From positions 44,332,001-44,396,000 of the forward strand of contig NC_087436.1 of NCBI RefSeq assembly GCF_036321535.1: DNA of 64,000 bases, given 5' to 3'. Of the stretch, positions 23,062-36,171 are shown piece by piece. Each line of letters begins with the position of its first letter. Positions within the stretch are counted from its first letter, which is position 1. The translations under genes were made by a program, and so were the position numbers. Below the pieces are notes generated by a model. It was not told the origin of the DNA and ran no database searches. It was given only the letters and a program-made list of their open reading frames with translations. Origin of the DNA: Camelus dromedarius (lineage: Eukaryota).

Positions 23062-24036
23062 CTCTGTGATCAAAACAATGTGTTACTGGCCTAGGGAAGG
23101 ACAAGTAGACCAGCCAAGTAGAGTTAAAGAACACATAAGTGCATATTAAATAGATCAATTTTAAAATTAGAAATAAATATATTCATTGGCTCTTCGAAAA
23201 ATCTAGCTTATAATAAGAAATAAAAGATCCATTGTGTAGAGGCATCTATACAAGGCTATTTATTGCAGAATCCTTTTGTAGTGATTAAGAAACACATATA
23301 CAGGCAAAATACCCTATGAATGTCCAAGTTGAATCAGTTGTGGTATATCATATTGGAGAATATAATTCTATAATTTGAAATGAAATAGATCCACCTTTTA
23401 TGAACTGGAGAAATGTTTCTAATATGTTAAATGAGAAATGCAGTGGATTTGGTACAATTCCATTTTTGTATTAAAAATATCTAAGAATGGTATGTACATA
23501 TATGCTTGTATATATTTGTATGACCCCAAGAAAAAATGTTAACATTGGCTACGCAGGGTGAGGATGGATGGAGAAGGAGGAAAATTATTATCACTTTCTG
23601 TATCTTACCTTGTTTTGTTAGATACCATTAACATGAATTTCTTTTCTAAGGTCAAATAATAAAATGTGAACTGAAAGAGTAAATCTTTATCTATGCTGCA
23701 CATCAAATAAACAAATGCTTTAAGTCTGGAAATCCAGACAAACTGCCTCTTCCAAAATGTTGACAGACACAAATTTGAACTAGTTACTTGGCTTGCCTAC
23801 ACTTTGTCTTACAACACCTCTCCACCTGCCTATCTTTGAACATGTGCAAGAGAGAACTGCTCTTAACAGTTGGATGGCATTGCAGACATAGTACCATTTG
23901 GGTGATAACTCTTTTTAGCTGGAAGAATGTGTCAGTATATTTATACTGAGGGTGTGGGAATGCAGTTTGGTTATAATGATAGTGTAAGTTTCTGTATATC
24001 CACTGTGTAATATTCAGACTATGCTAGTATTTAGTA

Positions 24037-24069
24037 ATTATATATATATATATATGTATATTATATATA
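24037..24069. repeat. (TA)n microsatellite, imperfect
   Basis: TTATATATATATATATATGTATATTATATATAT. Confidence 0.9.
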
Positions 24070-24649
24070 TGAAACATAAAATACTTGACTCAACAAGAAG
24101 TGGAAAGGTTCAGTTTAATAATTAAAAACACACGAAAAATATTTGCCTGGAATGATCAGTGCTTCTCATACCTTTCTGATAAGATGATTCTAGAGCAAAA
24201 TGAACATATGTATATAGTCATGGGGAGAAATTCAGCATAAAGGGTCCCCTTCACATATGACATCTTTGAAATTTCATGATTTCTCTATTTAAAAATTCAT
24301 GTGAATTTTGTATTGTATACCATATTTAAGTTTACTTTATAAACTTAAAGTTTTAAATTATATACAAATTAAATCATTTCATCTCTGACTCCACCCCTAC
24401 CCTACTGCCCCAACCAGTTAAGATAGTCCAAGAAAATACACAGTGCTTATCTTGTGACTTTAAATAGCCCAGAAAAACATTTGGGTACCCCGAGGACAAA
24501 TGTATCTTTCGTGCAAAGAAATAAACACCTGACACCAGGGAGGCATCAAATAATCAAAGAAGAAAAGAGGTAATCTGCTTTCTCTCTCTCATTGTATTCT
24601 TGCAGATGTTTCTTAAGGGATAGGAGACAACATTCTCCTAGGTTGCGTT

Positions 24650-24990
24650 TGTAACAGAGACTGACTCGATGCCCACCACTCTCCTTTCCTGTTCTGGGCA
24701 GGTAGTACTTTGTTTAGCAGCTTCCCTTGCAAGTAGATTAGAACCATGGAATCAGGTTCTGGTCAATGGAATGTTCATTGAAGTGTTGAACTCCATTTCC
24801 ATAAAATGTCCCACGTGATCTTCCTCACTCTCAACATTTTTGCTGGTTGAATGCAGAAGAGCTTGTGGGTGACTCTGAGGAAACTGTAGTAGATAGTGGT
24901 GAAATGAGGTAAAGGGAACCAGGATTCTGAATAACCATGTGAAAGGATGCCACGTGAACACTTGTATTGAGTCATTGAGATTACCTGGGT
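24650..24990 (+). mobile_element. MaLR LTR (MLT1I/J2-like)
   Basis: Starts TGTAACAGAGAC. Contains CAGCTTCCCTTGCAAG..CCATG..GTTCTGGTCAATGGAATG and GAACCAGGATTCTGAATAACCATGTG. Confidence 0.65.
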
Positions 24991-25029
24991 GTATGTATGC
25001 ATATGTATCTCTCTCTCTCTGTGCAGTCC

Positions 25030-25146
25030 TAAAAGGGTGGTTTTATAGATGAAGAAACTAAGAGACTAAGTACTTGTTCAATTTTTCATAAGTGGTAGAG
25101 CTAGAATTTGAATTTAGTTCTTTCTAATTCTTAAGTAACTGCCACA
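25030..25146 (-). mobile_element. MIR fragment
   Basis: TTTTATAGATGAAGAAACTAAG..AAGTGGTAGAGCTAGAATTTGAA. Confidence 0.65.
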
Positions 25147-25350
25147 TGAGAATAGGCTATCACTGGTATTTCAAGTGATCAAGGACTCTTTTTATATTTA
25201 AGTTTTTTATTGGTAACATTCATTGGGAAATTCAGTTAGTGTACTGGGACCAGTTGTTGAAAATGGGTGTTATTTTACAGGTATTAAAATATTTTCTTAT
25301 CATACTGCCATATGTTGATTAAAACTATTGTCTGGCTAGAATGATCTAGA

Positions 25351-26612
25351 TTTTTTAAATTGATTTTTTATTGTGAAATATGCATAGCATAAAATTTGCC
25401 ATTTAAATTATTTTCAAGTGTACAGTTCAGTAGCATTAGGTACATTCACATTGTTCTGCAACCACCACCCTGTCCATCTCCAGAACTTTTTTCTTTCATC
25501 TTCCCAAACTGAAACTTCTTATCCATTAAGCAATAACTCCCTACTTTTCTGCCCCCAAATTCCTGGCAACCGCCATTCTACTTTGTGTCTCTATAAATTT
25601 GAGTGCTCTAGGGTACCTCATCTGTATGGTATCATAGAATATGTGTTCTTTTTTTGACTGGCTTATTTCACTTAGCATAACGTCTTAAAGATTTATCCAA
25701 TTTTTAGCATGTGCCAGAATTTTCTTCCTTTTTAAGACTGAATAGTATTCCATCAAATGTATATACCACATTTTGTTTATCTGTTCACACTTTTTGGCTA
25801 TTGTGAATAATGCTGCTGTGAACACGGGTGGACACATACCTGTTTCAGTAGCTGCTTTTCACTTCTTTTCGGTATATGCTCAGAAGTAGAATTGCTGGAT
25901 CATATGGCAGTTCTATTTTAAATTTTTTAAAGAATCACCATACGTTTTCCATAGCAGCTGCACTGTTTTACATTTCAACCAGCAGCACACAAGGGCTCCA
26001 ATTTCTCCACTTCCTTGCTGCACTTACTATTTTTTGTTTTTTGGATAATAGCCATCCTAATGAGTGAAATGGTATCTATTGTGGTTTTGATTTGCATTCT
26101 TCCTAATGAGTAGTGATTTTGAGCATCTTTTCATGTGCTTATTGATCATTTGTATATCTTCTTTGGAGAAATATCTATTCAAATCTTTGTCCATTTTTAA
26201 ATTGGAATGTTTGTTGTTTTGTTGTTGAGTTGTAGGAGTCCTTTATAAATTCTGGATATTAACCTCTGATCAGATATATGATTTACAAATATTTTCTTCC
26301 ATTCAGTGTATTGCCTTTCTACTCTGTTGAAAATGTCCTTTTATGTGTTATCATTTATCAAATGTCATTTGATAATCAAAAAGTTTTAATTTTGATAAAA
26401 TCCAATTTTTTTTTCTTTTATTGTCTGTTCTTGGTGTCATATCAAGGAATCATTGCTACATCCAATGTCATAAAGTTTTTCTCTAAGTGTTTTATGGTTT
26501 TAGTTTTAACAGTTAGGTTTTTGATCCATTTTGAGTTCATTTCTTTATACGGTGTAAGGCAAGGGTGCAACTTCATTCTTTTGCATATGGATATCCTGTT
26601 TTCCTGGTATTA
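25351..26612 (-). mobile_element. L1MB-like 3' fragment (~1.25 kb)
   Basis: AAGTGTACAGTTCAGTAGCATTAGGTACATTCACATTGTT, CTGGCTTATTTCACTTAGCATAA, AGAATTGCTGGATCATATGG, GTGGTTTTGATTTGCATT, TTGATCCATTTTGAGTT. Confidence 0.9.
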
Positions 26613-29084
26613 TTTACTATCTCTTATGAAATAAAATGACATCAGTTCACGTAGAAAAAAATAACATTAAAAAATCAAGTCATAGTTACTAGAGGTTTTA
26701 AAAACAACACATATCAATCATGTAAAAATAAGTGTTTTTTTAATTTTAATATTTTATGGCTGGTAAGAAAGAAGTAAGAACCAATATATTTTTATCACAT
26801 GTCACATTCCAGATACTTATATATGCTAATTCACTGAATCCTCCTTAACCTACATGTAAGTGGCCAAAATAGAATTTGAACCCAAATCTAACCCCAAATT
26901 TTATTCATCCCATTATAGCATGGGAGCAATTTTTAATATATATATGTATATGGAGAACAAAAACCATTAAGCTTACTTTAAATATGAGGTGTATGTCTAA
27001 AATATGACAAATCAATTCACTTTTGGGAGATCTGTGAGGTTTGGGGATTTCTGTGTGAAAGCTATCCTTTCCAAATGGCTGCAATATTTAGAATGAAGAG
27101 ACTTGCCTTTTCTTCCCCCTTCTCAGATTACTTGTGACCCTTTTTCTATTCCAATACATCATTGATAATAACACTAGGACTAACGGGAGAAAGAAAAGCT
27201 GAAACTGCAGCGTTCCTAGTTAAAGGTGGATAAACACAAACCTTTCACTTGAAGTCGTTGATGGAGCTTCAGAAGTACAGTCTTCAAACCTGGCTGCCAA
27301 GTGATCCCCTCTCAATATATCCCTCAGTTTATCTTCAGCTCTTCAGGCACTAGCCAGTATTTACGGGCAAACCAAAACAAAATGAGTGTCCTTGATTTTT
27401 CAAGGATGGATACATTTAGATGATTCTTTGAAATTTGTTCTTATCAGTTTCTATTGATAAAAATTTTCGTGAGAAAAAGCAAGTTGAGTAAAGATTTTGG
27501 TATCAGCCTTTTTCTGAGTGTAGCATTTATGTCACTCTAAGGGGGAGAAATTGTTCGGGGGCTTGTCTTAAAAGGCTAGATAGGAAGATGGTGCCGTTTG
27601 GTGCTAGGCCCCACTGACAGATTTACTGCCTGCTTGGAGCTGCGGCCGCAGCGTGATGGAAATGGCAGGTGAGGGCTGCAGGGAAGAGGATTCCCATGCT
27701 CCGTGCATATGTGTAACTGGCAACACCCAGGGTCATGCAGGGGCAGGCCTGTGTTTACAGTCAGGATTTGTGGGGGAAAAAAGTTATTTTTCTCTTATCC
27801 CTCACAGCAAAGAACTTTTCTCATTGCTTGGTTAGGAAACATTCCCAAATGACCAAAGATGAATATTGGGGCTTTGGAAATAGTGCAGTGATTATGTCTT
27901 AGAAAAGTTCTGTAGCATGGAAAAAAAAAAATCACAAATGCCAAGAAAGTTAAACTAATCCATTTGCCCACCATGCTAAATAAATGGTACTTGATGTAAA
28001 CTAATGGCAGTTAGGGCATGGAGATGATGTCTCTCCTGTCTGTAAGTAGCACTGATAATAACACTTAGAACGCAGAATTTCAGTCTCACTCAGTTCATAA
28101 TGAATTAAACTTCAGTTTAAAAACCACTGGGTAATTGTTACAGACCTACTGCCTAAGTGCAACCATGCCACCTAAATTTATTAGAAATTGTAAATCATCC
28201 AGTTCAGAGGAAAAAGGGACTATTTAAGGAAGTGGAACTACAGATTTGAAGGCTCTCATGGACAGAGGGATTGTGTGTAAGTGTAGAGAGACCAAAATTG
28301 GAGCCAACGTACCTGCAGAAATAGTGCTGGAAAATACTTCCTTCAGTGTGTGTTGACATTCTGAGAGGCTCCACATACTACTGTTTCTTTAAAAAAAATT
28401 TTCAACCTAATTAATTAGGGAGCCTCTCCACCCTGATCCACAATTAAAACAAATCTTCGATATCTAAAATTGATAATTTGGTAAGTGAATTGGTAGTTGG
28501 AAAATAAAAAGACATTCAGTATTTTAAATTGGTGGATATGCATTTTTATAGAAATATAATGTGTAGTCAGATTTGCTGATAACTAGTTGTCCCGGTTTCT
28601 TTATTTTAATATCAATTGTTAGTGTATGTGATCCTTTACAACATCGACCAGGTCTCATTCCTTTCTGAATTACAGTACCCAGCCTGGAGCTTGGCTCCTG
28701 TCCCATAGGTGCTTAGTGGGTATGTGTCAAATCTTAGTGTGTTAAAAAGGAAACTTCTCAGGCATTCATGCCAATACTTTTATTCTTTGAGTCCTGGACT
28801 CCCAATGCCAGTCTCACTCTGTGGCCCACTTAAAGTGTTTATGTTTCCTTTGATGTGCCCAGAGAAGCAGCAGAGCTGACTTTGCTCACTGCTAGGTGGA
28901 GTGGAGTGTTTGGGGTGGAGACAGCTTTGAAATTATCTGATAGTCGTATTGAGCTGCTTCCATGGTATTCAAGTTGATGAATTATAAGGAAACTCTTAGA
29001 TACAGAGAGAAAGACCTAACACAGAGCTTCTAGGGAAATTCCATTAATCTACCTCTTGTTTGGTGCCTATAGTAAGATGCAAAA

Positions 29085-29310
29085 AACACTAATATAGCAA
29101 CTTTTCACACTATATTGTAATTATCTGTTTACATGTATGTCTCTTGTTTTGTTTAACAAACTTTAAGTAAAGTTTAATTAATTACTTTATTTATTAGAGT
29201 CTGTCTCTCTTAGTGAGATTCACAGAGTCAAGTAATATGTCTGATTTATCTTCATCTAGTATTTAGTGCTTGACACTTACCCGATCCTCAATAATTATTA
29301 ATTAAACTAG
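29085..29310 (+). mobile_element. L2 3' fragment
   Basis: CACACTATATTGTAATTATCTGTTTACATGTATGTCTC...AGTGCTTGACAC...CTCAATAA. Confidence 0.55.
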
Positions 29311-32088
29311 TGCAACATATGAATGCAAACAGAATCTTCTTATAGTGTGCATTGGAAAACCATATATATGTGTATGTGTGTGGCTTTACTTATATATTCA
29401 ATATATATACTTTTACATAATTAGACATATTTTATATAGTGTGCATACATGATATTGGTGGGTTTTTTTTCTTGCTTTCATGCATAGTAGAAGAATATTC
29501 AGTGTGATGGGCTAGTTGAAAAATTAAATGAAGAGAAATTCAAGATTAACTATCCAAGAGTTCTGAGAGTTTGCAAGACTGATGTACAGTAAATTGACAA
29601 AAAGTTTTTGTATCCCACTGTTTTTAGTGGTTCTTGTAATGTTTATTCTCTGTGGAAATACTGTTGCTCCCATATTTAAAAAAAAGAATGGAAGAATCCA
29701 AACATTATTTGTAGAGAATGACTTCACTATTCATGAAGGGAGAATGGAACTTAGAGCTGTTGATACACCTTCATGTGAGAAGAGGACTCAAAGCATCTTA
29801 CGTTCTGTTTTTCCTGGAAGTTAACAGTACCTGGCATCACTATATCAGCCTCTCCTTCCTCCTCCCATATACACACATGCAAAAATATCTCAAAATTTAA
29901 GGCATAATAAGAGAATGTAGATGATCTGGCTAGGATATACCAGCTCCTTAACAGGCTGCCTGTTCTTAAAAAAAGGAGTTAAGCTTGTATGAGCATATTT
30001 CTTTCAGAACCTGAGGAAATGGAAGGAAATGAAAGAAGGCCAGGGAACTTGTCTTTCTCACTTGTCGTGGACCTGGAGGGCACAGAGCTCCGTATTCTTT
30101 ATTGTACTATTTCAGCTGCCTTGATGCTTTATCCCTTTGTCCTGCGCAAACTTGTTACACATTTCCTGAAATGTATTTTTCTTATCACAATATATTAGAT
30201 CATTTTTCATTATCAAACAGTTTGAGACTTCATCATCAGAATTACAAGTTGCTTATTTTATCCATGTTAGGGATAAGTTGAATGGAATGTTCATAATATA
30301 TACAGTTGGGGTCACAACAGGCACTTTTTGCTGAAATTGTAAATTATTTCTGCATTTGAACAATAAAATATAAATATTTTGTAATAAGCAGGGATGCATG
30401 CTATGTTTTGGAATTCAGTATGATAGCTGCCAGTGAAGTCTTAACTTATTAAATACTACATAAAGCAACTCTATGATTGTATTAACAGTTTCTACACATA
30501 GAGACTGTAATCATATTGCATAAAAGGGAATGCTGTGTGGATTCTGGAAATGAGAATTCAGTCCTCTATGGTTTAGAGCAATTCACAGTTCCCTCATTCC
30601 CCTTCCCCATGGAAGAACAAGTTCACAAGTTCATTTTATTGTCCTTAGTTATGTCAATGGTCAATATCAATTTTCCAGTAAGATATCAAACAAAGGTAAA
30701 TGAAGGCTCTTCTCTATGTCTGTTTGTTAGAAAGATTTGAGAGAGAACTATTGAAGAGTTTGTTGGGAAAGTCTTTAAAGAATTTAGCCTGCAATCTGAG
30801 ATGTATTTACTTCAGCAAGATCATATGCATCCATATTGTCAGTATAGCGACATTTAGTGTTCTTTCATTTTCCATCATGCTCGCTGGTAATATAAAGAAT
30901 GCTGTCTAGTTCTCAATACTGATATACTTTACTATGCACAAATCTCCTATAGCATTTTTCTAATAAGTTAGAAAATTAATAAGAAAACTGACTCAGGAGC
31001 TGATACCAGGTTCTGGACTAATTTTCTACAAATAGATCTGCAGTAGAAATACATTGTTTTTTTTTAACAAGTAGAAATATATTGGTACGGTACTGAGCCT
31101 TAATAGAACTAAAAAAGTAATTTCGGCCTGTTCATAAAATCCCTTATGATTTTCATGTTGCAGGATAATAATTTGGGGTAAAATTAAGCCAAATAAATAA
31201 CTCTTGTTGATGTAGACTTGAGTCCTGGCGGTATTTTAAAGATGCACGGGGCACAGCCGTGAGTAGGTCACTTTCACAGACTTCCCTTGTCAGGGTCCAT
31301 TTAGGAAGGCAGAGTACGTTATTTTAAGGGGCCTTTGAAGAATGTAGTAACTTTAACATTACCATGGAAAACTGTGTATGCAAATACTACAAATAATAAT
31401 TCTGCTTTTTAAAGTACTATATTTTCTGGCTTTCTTTAAAGTAAGTTAGTTTCACAGAGAAATGCATTTTTCCAGAGTCCTTTAAAGTTTTAAATTAAGT
31501 TTTTGAAGACAGTCTCGACTATAATTTTTGTATTTTTACATGTAATAGTAAAGAACTAGATGAGAGGGAATGGGATTACCATTTGCCATCACTACCAGAG
31601 CTTGACATCCCTCGATTTGTTTCATGTAAAGTATACCACTCTTCACGAAATATTTCTATTAAATACTAAGTCCAGATTGTTATTGGTCAAAACTTCACTG
31701 ATGAAACAAGTTGATTAGCAGGATTTAAAAAATAAAACCAAGAACAAAGTCAAATTTCCGAACAGAGGAATTGATCTCTACCAGAAAGGCAGCCTTTCGA
31801 GATTTTTACAAAGAATTGGGTATCTGAGGCACTCAGCTTTTTCAGTTTGTTGAGCATAGCAGTGTCTGGTTGGAAGAAATAAAATCTCACCACAACACAT
31901 TCATGCCTCATGTGGTAACCCCTGAAAAGCTCTGAAAAGTTTCTGCTGACCGTGGCAGTCTGCTGCGTTCAGCCTTGCTGCAGTCTTATGTAGTGGATTG
32001 TGTTTTATATCCGAAGACTTGTTTCTCACAAGCTATTTAATACCTACTTTGGCAGCTGCTACACTTGAATTTGTATATTGTTTTGGAG

Positions 32089-32278
32089 CAGTTGTCATCC
32101 AAGTGTGGCCTCTGGTCCAGCAGCAGCAGCAGTGTCACCTGGGAACTTGTCAGAAATGCAAATTCCCAGGCCCCACCCAAAACCTATTGAATCAGAAACT
32201 CTGGGGACGGGCCCTCATCATCTGGTTTAACCAGCCCTCCTGGTGATACTGATGCCTACTAGAGTTTGACAACCACCG
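32089..32278 (+). mobile_element. MER5A non-autonomous hAT-Charlie DNA transposon
   Basis: CACCTGGGAACTTGTCAGAAATGCAAATTCCCAGGCCCCACC..GAATCAGAAACTCTGGGG; degenerate TIRs CAGTTGTCATCCAA / TTTGACAACCACCG. Confidence 0.9.
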
Positions 32279-34035
32279 GCTTACATTTTTAAAGTGCTTT
32301 CACTTTGGTATCAGGTAGTAGGGTACCGATTTTGTTTTACAGGGGAATCTAAAGCTTAGGGAAGTTGTTTGATATGCTCAAGTTCACTGTAAGTGACAGA
32401 ATTTGGACTTGAATCATATTCTTCTTTGCTCCAGGTCTTACTATTTTTTCTATCCCCTGCCCTGCCCCCTCCTTGTCAAAAGTGACTCAAACTGTGAGAA
32501 CTGGAGGTTGGAGAACAGACCCAAGCTCTTGCTGCACAACTTTGTGATGGTGAATGTTGTCTGGATTTTAGGAGTAACTAGCTTAAGGGGCAAAATTATT
32601 TTACTTCCCTTCAGTGAGCAGGTAGGAAATGTGCATTTAGTATAGCTGTGATTCTTGTCAAGTCCAAGGAATCAAGTCACGATCCCGGAGACACCAGCCT
32701 GGGGATGCCAGTTCTCTGGGGAGATGCCCACCACACTGGCCATGTTATTTACTTCCATGCACAGGATCTCCTCATTGCAGTGATGACAGAGTATAAGAGG
32801 CATTACCGCTCCGTACTTAACTGGGTGGTAGCAAACACAGTGCAGAGCAGTTAAGATGAGGAGATTTAGTTTATGACATACAATGCTTATTTGGAAAAAC
32901 TGATCATAATTTGCTTTCTGTGCTGAAGCCACTTCAGAAACAATCCTGAGAAATTCTAATTATGGCTCAGTTTCCCCAATTCTTCTTTCCTTTTGATTAG
33001 GGAAACCTTAAACACTAAGGGGAAATGTAATCAAGTTCCTCTCCTTGTAAAGTATCAATTAGTGTAAAAATACTTCAAAAAAAAATCTACATTATGTTCA
33101 TGTGCCGTTCCCTCACTATTTTGCCTCCATAATACGTATCTTGAAATGTGAAAACCTGCGTTTCTGGAAGAATATTATTTTAGAATAGAAGCAGAGGACC
33201 AATTATACTAAAATTTAGGTCAAAAAGTATTTTGTTAGCATTTTAACCAGACTTAGTTTTCTCCAGTTTCCTATTTTGTAACTTCAAACCTAATTTCAGA
33301 AAAAAAATTAATACATCTGGAAAAGAAGAACATTTCTTATTCATTCTTTGCAATGTGATATCCAAAATGATAAAATAATTATGATATAATTTAGTATATG
33401 ACTTTGAATTTTAAAATAATTTCCATCTACATGTTTTTATTTAATTCTCAAAATAAAAATGTGATTTAGTTTTTAATTATATCTTATTTGATAAGTGAAG
33501 ATACTGGAGTTTAGGGGAGTGAGGTGAATTTTCAGACTGAGTTGTTATCCCGTTCGCTTTCTGCCATACTGAACCTACCACAAAGGACACAGTGAGCTGT
33601 GCTTATGGGCTGCAACTAATGGGAAATTATACTGGTAAATATATAGGGAAGTTCTTTCCATCTATGATAAAATTTAATTTAAAAATTATAAATAATCTCA
33701 GTTTAAAAAAACTATAGTATCTTGTTCCATTTTGTCCTTGAAATAGAGTAATCATTTTGTGGATAACCTTGCTAATGTTAAAAATCCTTGCAGTTTGAAA
33801 ACTGTGATCATTTACCCAAAGTAAACCCAGTTCATTTGACTACCGGCTGGCCAGTAGGAAACAGAAGTGAGACACTTCAGTTATGAAGAATGGGAAAGCT
33901 TGGCAACTTTAATCTGAAGTTCTGAATGTGTGTGCCTGCTGCATTATCTGTGAAATAGATGTTAGTGTTTCTTTTCTCCTATGGGAAAATAAACACAAGT
34001 CATTAGTTTTCCTTTCTCATAGGGAGTTGTTGGAG

Positions 34036-34572
34036 TAGGTGATATTGCCCAAAAATGGCACAAGCATTATTGTTGGTCCCACGTGCTCTTCTACAACCTT
34101 GCCACCCCCATCAAGGAATGAGTTCAATTTCCCCTTCTCTTGAAATTAGACAGGCTTTTGTGAGACTCTCCATAAACAAAATGCAGCTGAGTGATCTGAA
34201 TCAAGAGTGCATGACATCTCAAATGAGGTCATAAGAATGGTAAGGTTTCTTTCTGACTTCCTCCTTCGGGACTCTTGTCTTTGGAAACCAAATACCATGT
34301 TCTGAAGAAGCCAAGTATCCTCATGGAAAAGCCATATCTTGGTGTTCAGGCCACAGCTCCAGCTGAGTACCCAGCCAGCAGCCAACATCAACCACTAAAT
34401 ATATGAGTGAAGCAGTCTTCAGGTGATTTCTAGCTCCCTGCCTTCCAGTCACCCTATTTGATTCTAAGTGGATTAAAGATGAGCTGTCCCCACTGGGCCC
34501 TGCCTATGTTGCAGACTCATGAGAAAATGGGTGTTAGGATGATTTATTATGTAGTGATAGATAGATGGAAGA
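34036..34572 (+). mobile_element. MaLR solo LTR, MLT1H/G-like
   Basis: CAGCTCCAGCTGAG..CCCAGCCAGCAGCCAACATCAACC..ATGAGTGAAGC..CTTCAG, GATGAGCTGTCCCCACTG.GCCCTGCC, ends GTAGTGATAGATA..GGAA. Confidence 0.8.
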
Positions 34573-35619
34573 CTGCATACTCCAGAAAAAATTTACAACA
34601 GCATTTCATAGAATTAAAGTAAGAGAAAAAAAAAATCTGTTGCACATATACAAAATACTTCTAAAAGCCAGATCTCATAAACGTCTAAAATTCCATCAGA
34701 AAATTATATATTAGACAAAGGAAGGAAAAATTGCCCCCCTCTTAACATCTTTTTTTTTTTTTAACTGTGTACACCAGTGCCCTATAATATCTTAAAGATC
34801 TTCACCACTTCCACTTCCAAAGTCCCAATTCCATCAGTCCTTTTTGGATTTCCTACAGGAAATTCTTGTTTGTGGCCTGGGTGAGAAATAGTATTTCCAA
34901 GACAACAGTTGATCCCAGGATGCACTTTCTGGAAGTCCAGAACTAAAAATCCTGTACCTAGATCTGAGCTAAAGTGGACTGAGAAGATGACCAAACTGAA
35001 ACAAAGTTGCCTTTTCAAATGCCACTTAATTGTTTAAACCAATCAACCAAGCAATTTGGCTGGTTAGATGGCTTTATTTTTCTTTTTAATGTGAAAGGTT
35101 TATCAGTGGGTGAACATCTACCACAGTAGGGGTTAATGATTGTGAGGATTGAGAGTTAATTTATTTAAAGCACTCAGAACAGTCCCTGCACAGAGTAAAC
35201 ACTATTTGTGTATGTATGTATTATAATTATGATTGTCAAATCTGTTATTATTTATTTAAATATTAAAGTGATGCTCACTTGTGATTCTCCGCTATGGATC
35301 AGGAGAGAATTAAAAAAACAAAGTAGTGCCTTTACTTTTCAGGTAATTAGAAAATAATTCCGTAAGTTTTCAAAGTAAATGAAAAACAGTCTAGGGAGAT
35401 GGTTTTTCTGAAGTTGTGAAGCCCTGGCTTGCTGTAACCCTGGAGACACTGCTGACAGTAAGTTAGAATTTCTGGAAGTACCATACAGTCTTTGTAGCCA
35501 AAGACAGGATACACAGGAACCTTCTAATTTGGGGTAATTCTATTGCTCATTTAACTCCTATGTTGCAATGGCCTGAGAGTCGTGACTCCCTTAATCCCCT
35601 CCAAGAATCAGAGAAGCTC

Positions 35620-36171
35620 TGTACAGAGTTAGAGAACAGACCATTCTGATACCAACTGCTGAATTTGGGGGTTCAAAGACCACCCTTGGGTTTGCTAGTT
35701 CACTAGGAGGAGTCACAGAACTCACTGAAAACTGTTACACTCACAGTTACAGTTACAGGGAAAGGATACAGATAAAAATCAGCCAAGGGAAGAGATTCAT
35801 GGGGCACAACCCAGGAAAGTTCCAAACAAGGATCTTCTGATCATCTTTTCCTTGTGCAGTCATGGGGAGCATTACTCTCCTGGTAATGACGTGTGACAGT
35901 ACACATGCAGTACTGCCAACCAGGAAAGTTCACCTGTTCCCTAGTTTTTATTGGGATTTCACCATGAAGTTGCCTGCCTGAGTGTCTGACCTTTAGTATC
36001 CAGCCTCTCCAGAAGTGGTGGATACCACATGGCCCAAAGCCTCCTCGTAAGTCACATTGCAGAATTTTAATCAAAACTCCCCAGGTTAACAAAGACACTA
36101 TTCCTAGAGATCATCTCCCCTGAGAGAAAGGCAAAGGCTAGACCTCTGAGTGATGTTAATCCTTTCCTACA
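35620..36171 (-). mobile_element. MER21-family LTR
   Basis: AAGACCACCCTTGGGTTTG..TTCACTAG.AGGAGTCACAGAACTCACTGAAA.CTGTTACACTCACAGTTA, AAAGGATACAGAT.AAAATCAGCCAAGGGAAGAG, GTACTGCCAACCAGGAAAG. Confidence 0.82.

Larger units (their letters stand above)
19565..23620 (+). mobile_element. Ancient L1 ORF2/3' remnant, split by a young L1 and by nested LTRs
   Basis: Collinear degenerate L1 ORF2 DNA on both sides of the insertions: ..AATGTTGAAAGACACTTAATAAAACCCAGC|..TCTAAAACTCTAAG (DAEKAFDKIQHPFMIKTL region), TTGGCTAGTGCAATAAGA, CAATATGCAAAAATC, then GATCAAAACAATGTGTTACTGGC..GTAGACCA after 23062. Confidence 0.65.

Noticed and set aside
25418..26634. Hydrophobic ORFs of 63-118 aa
   Set aside because: They are antisense translations of T-rich L1MB sequence.
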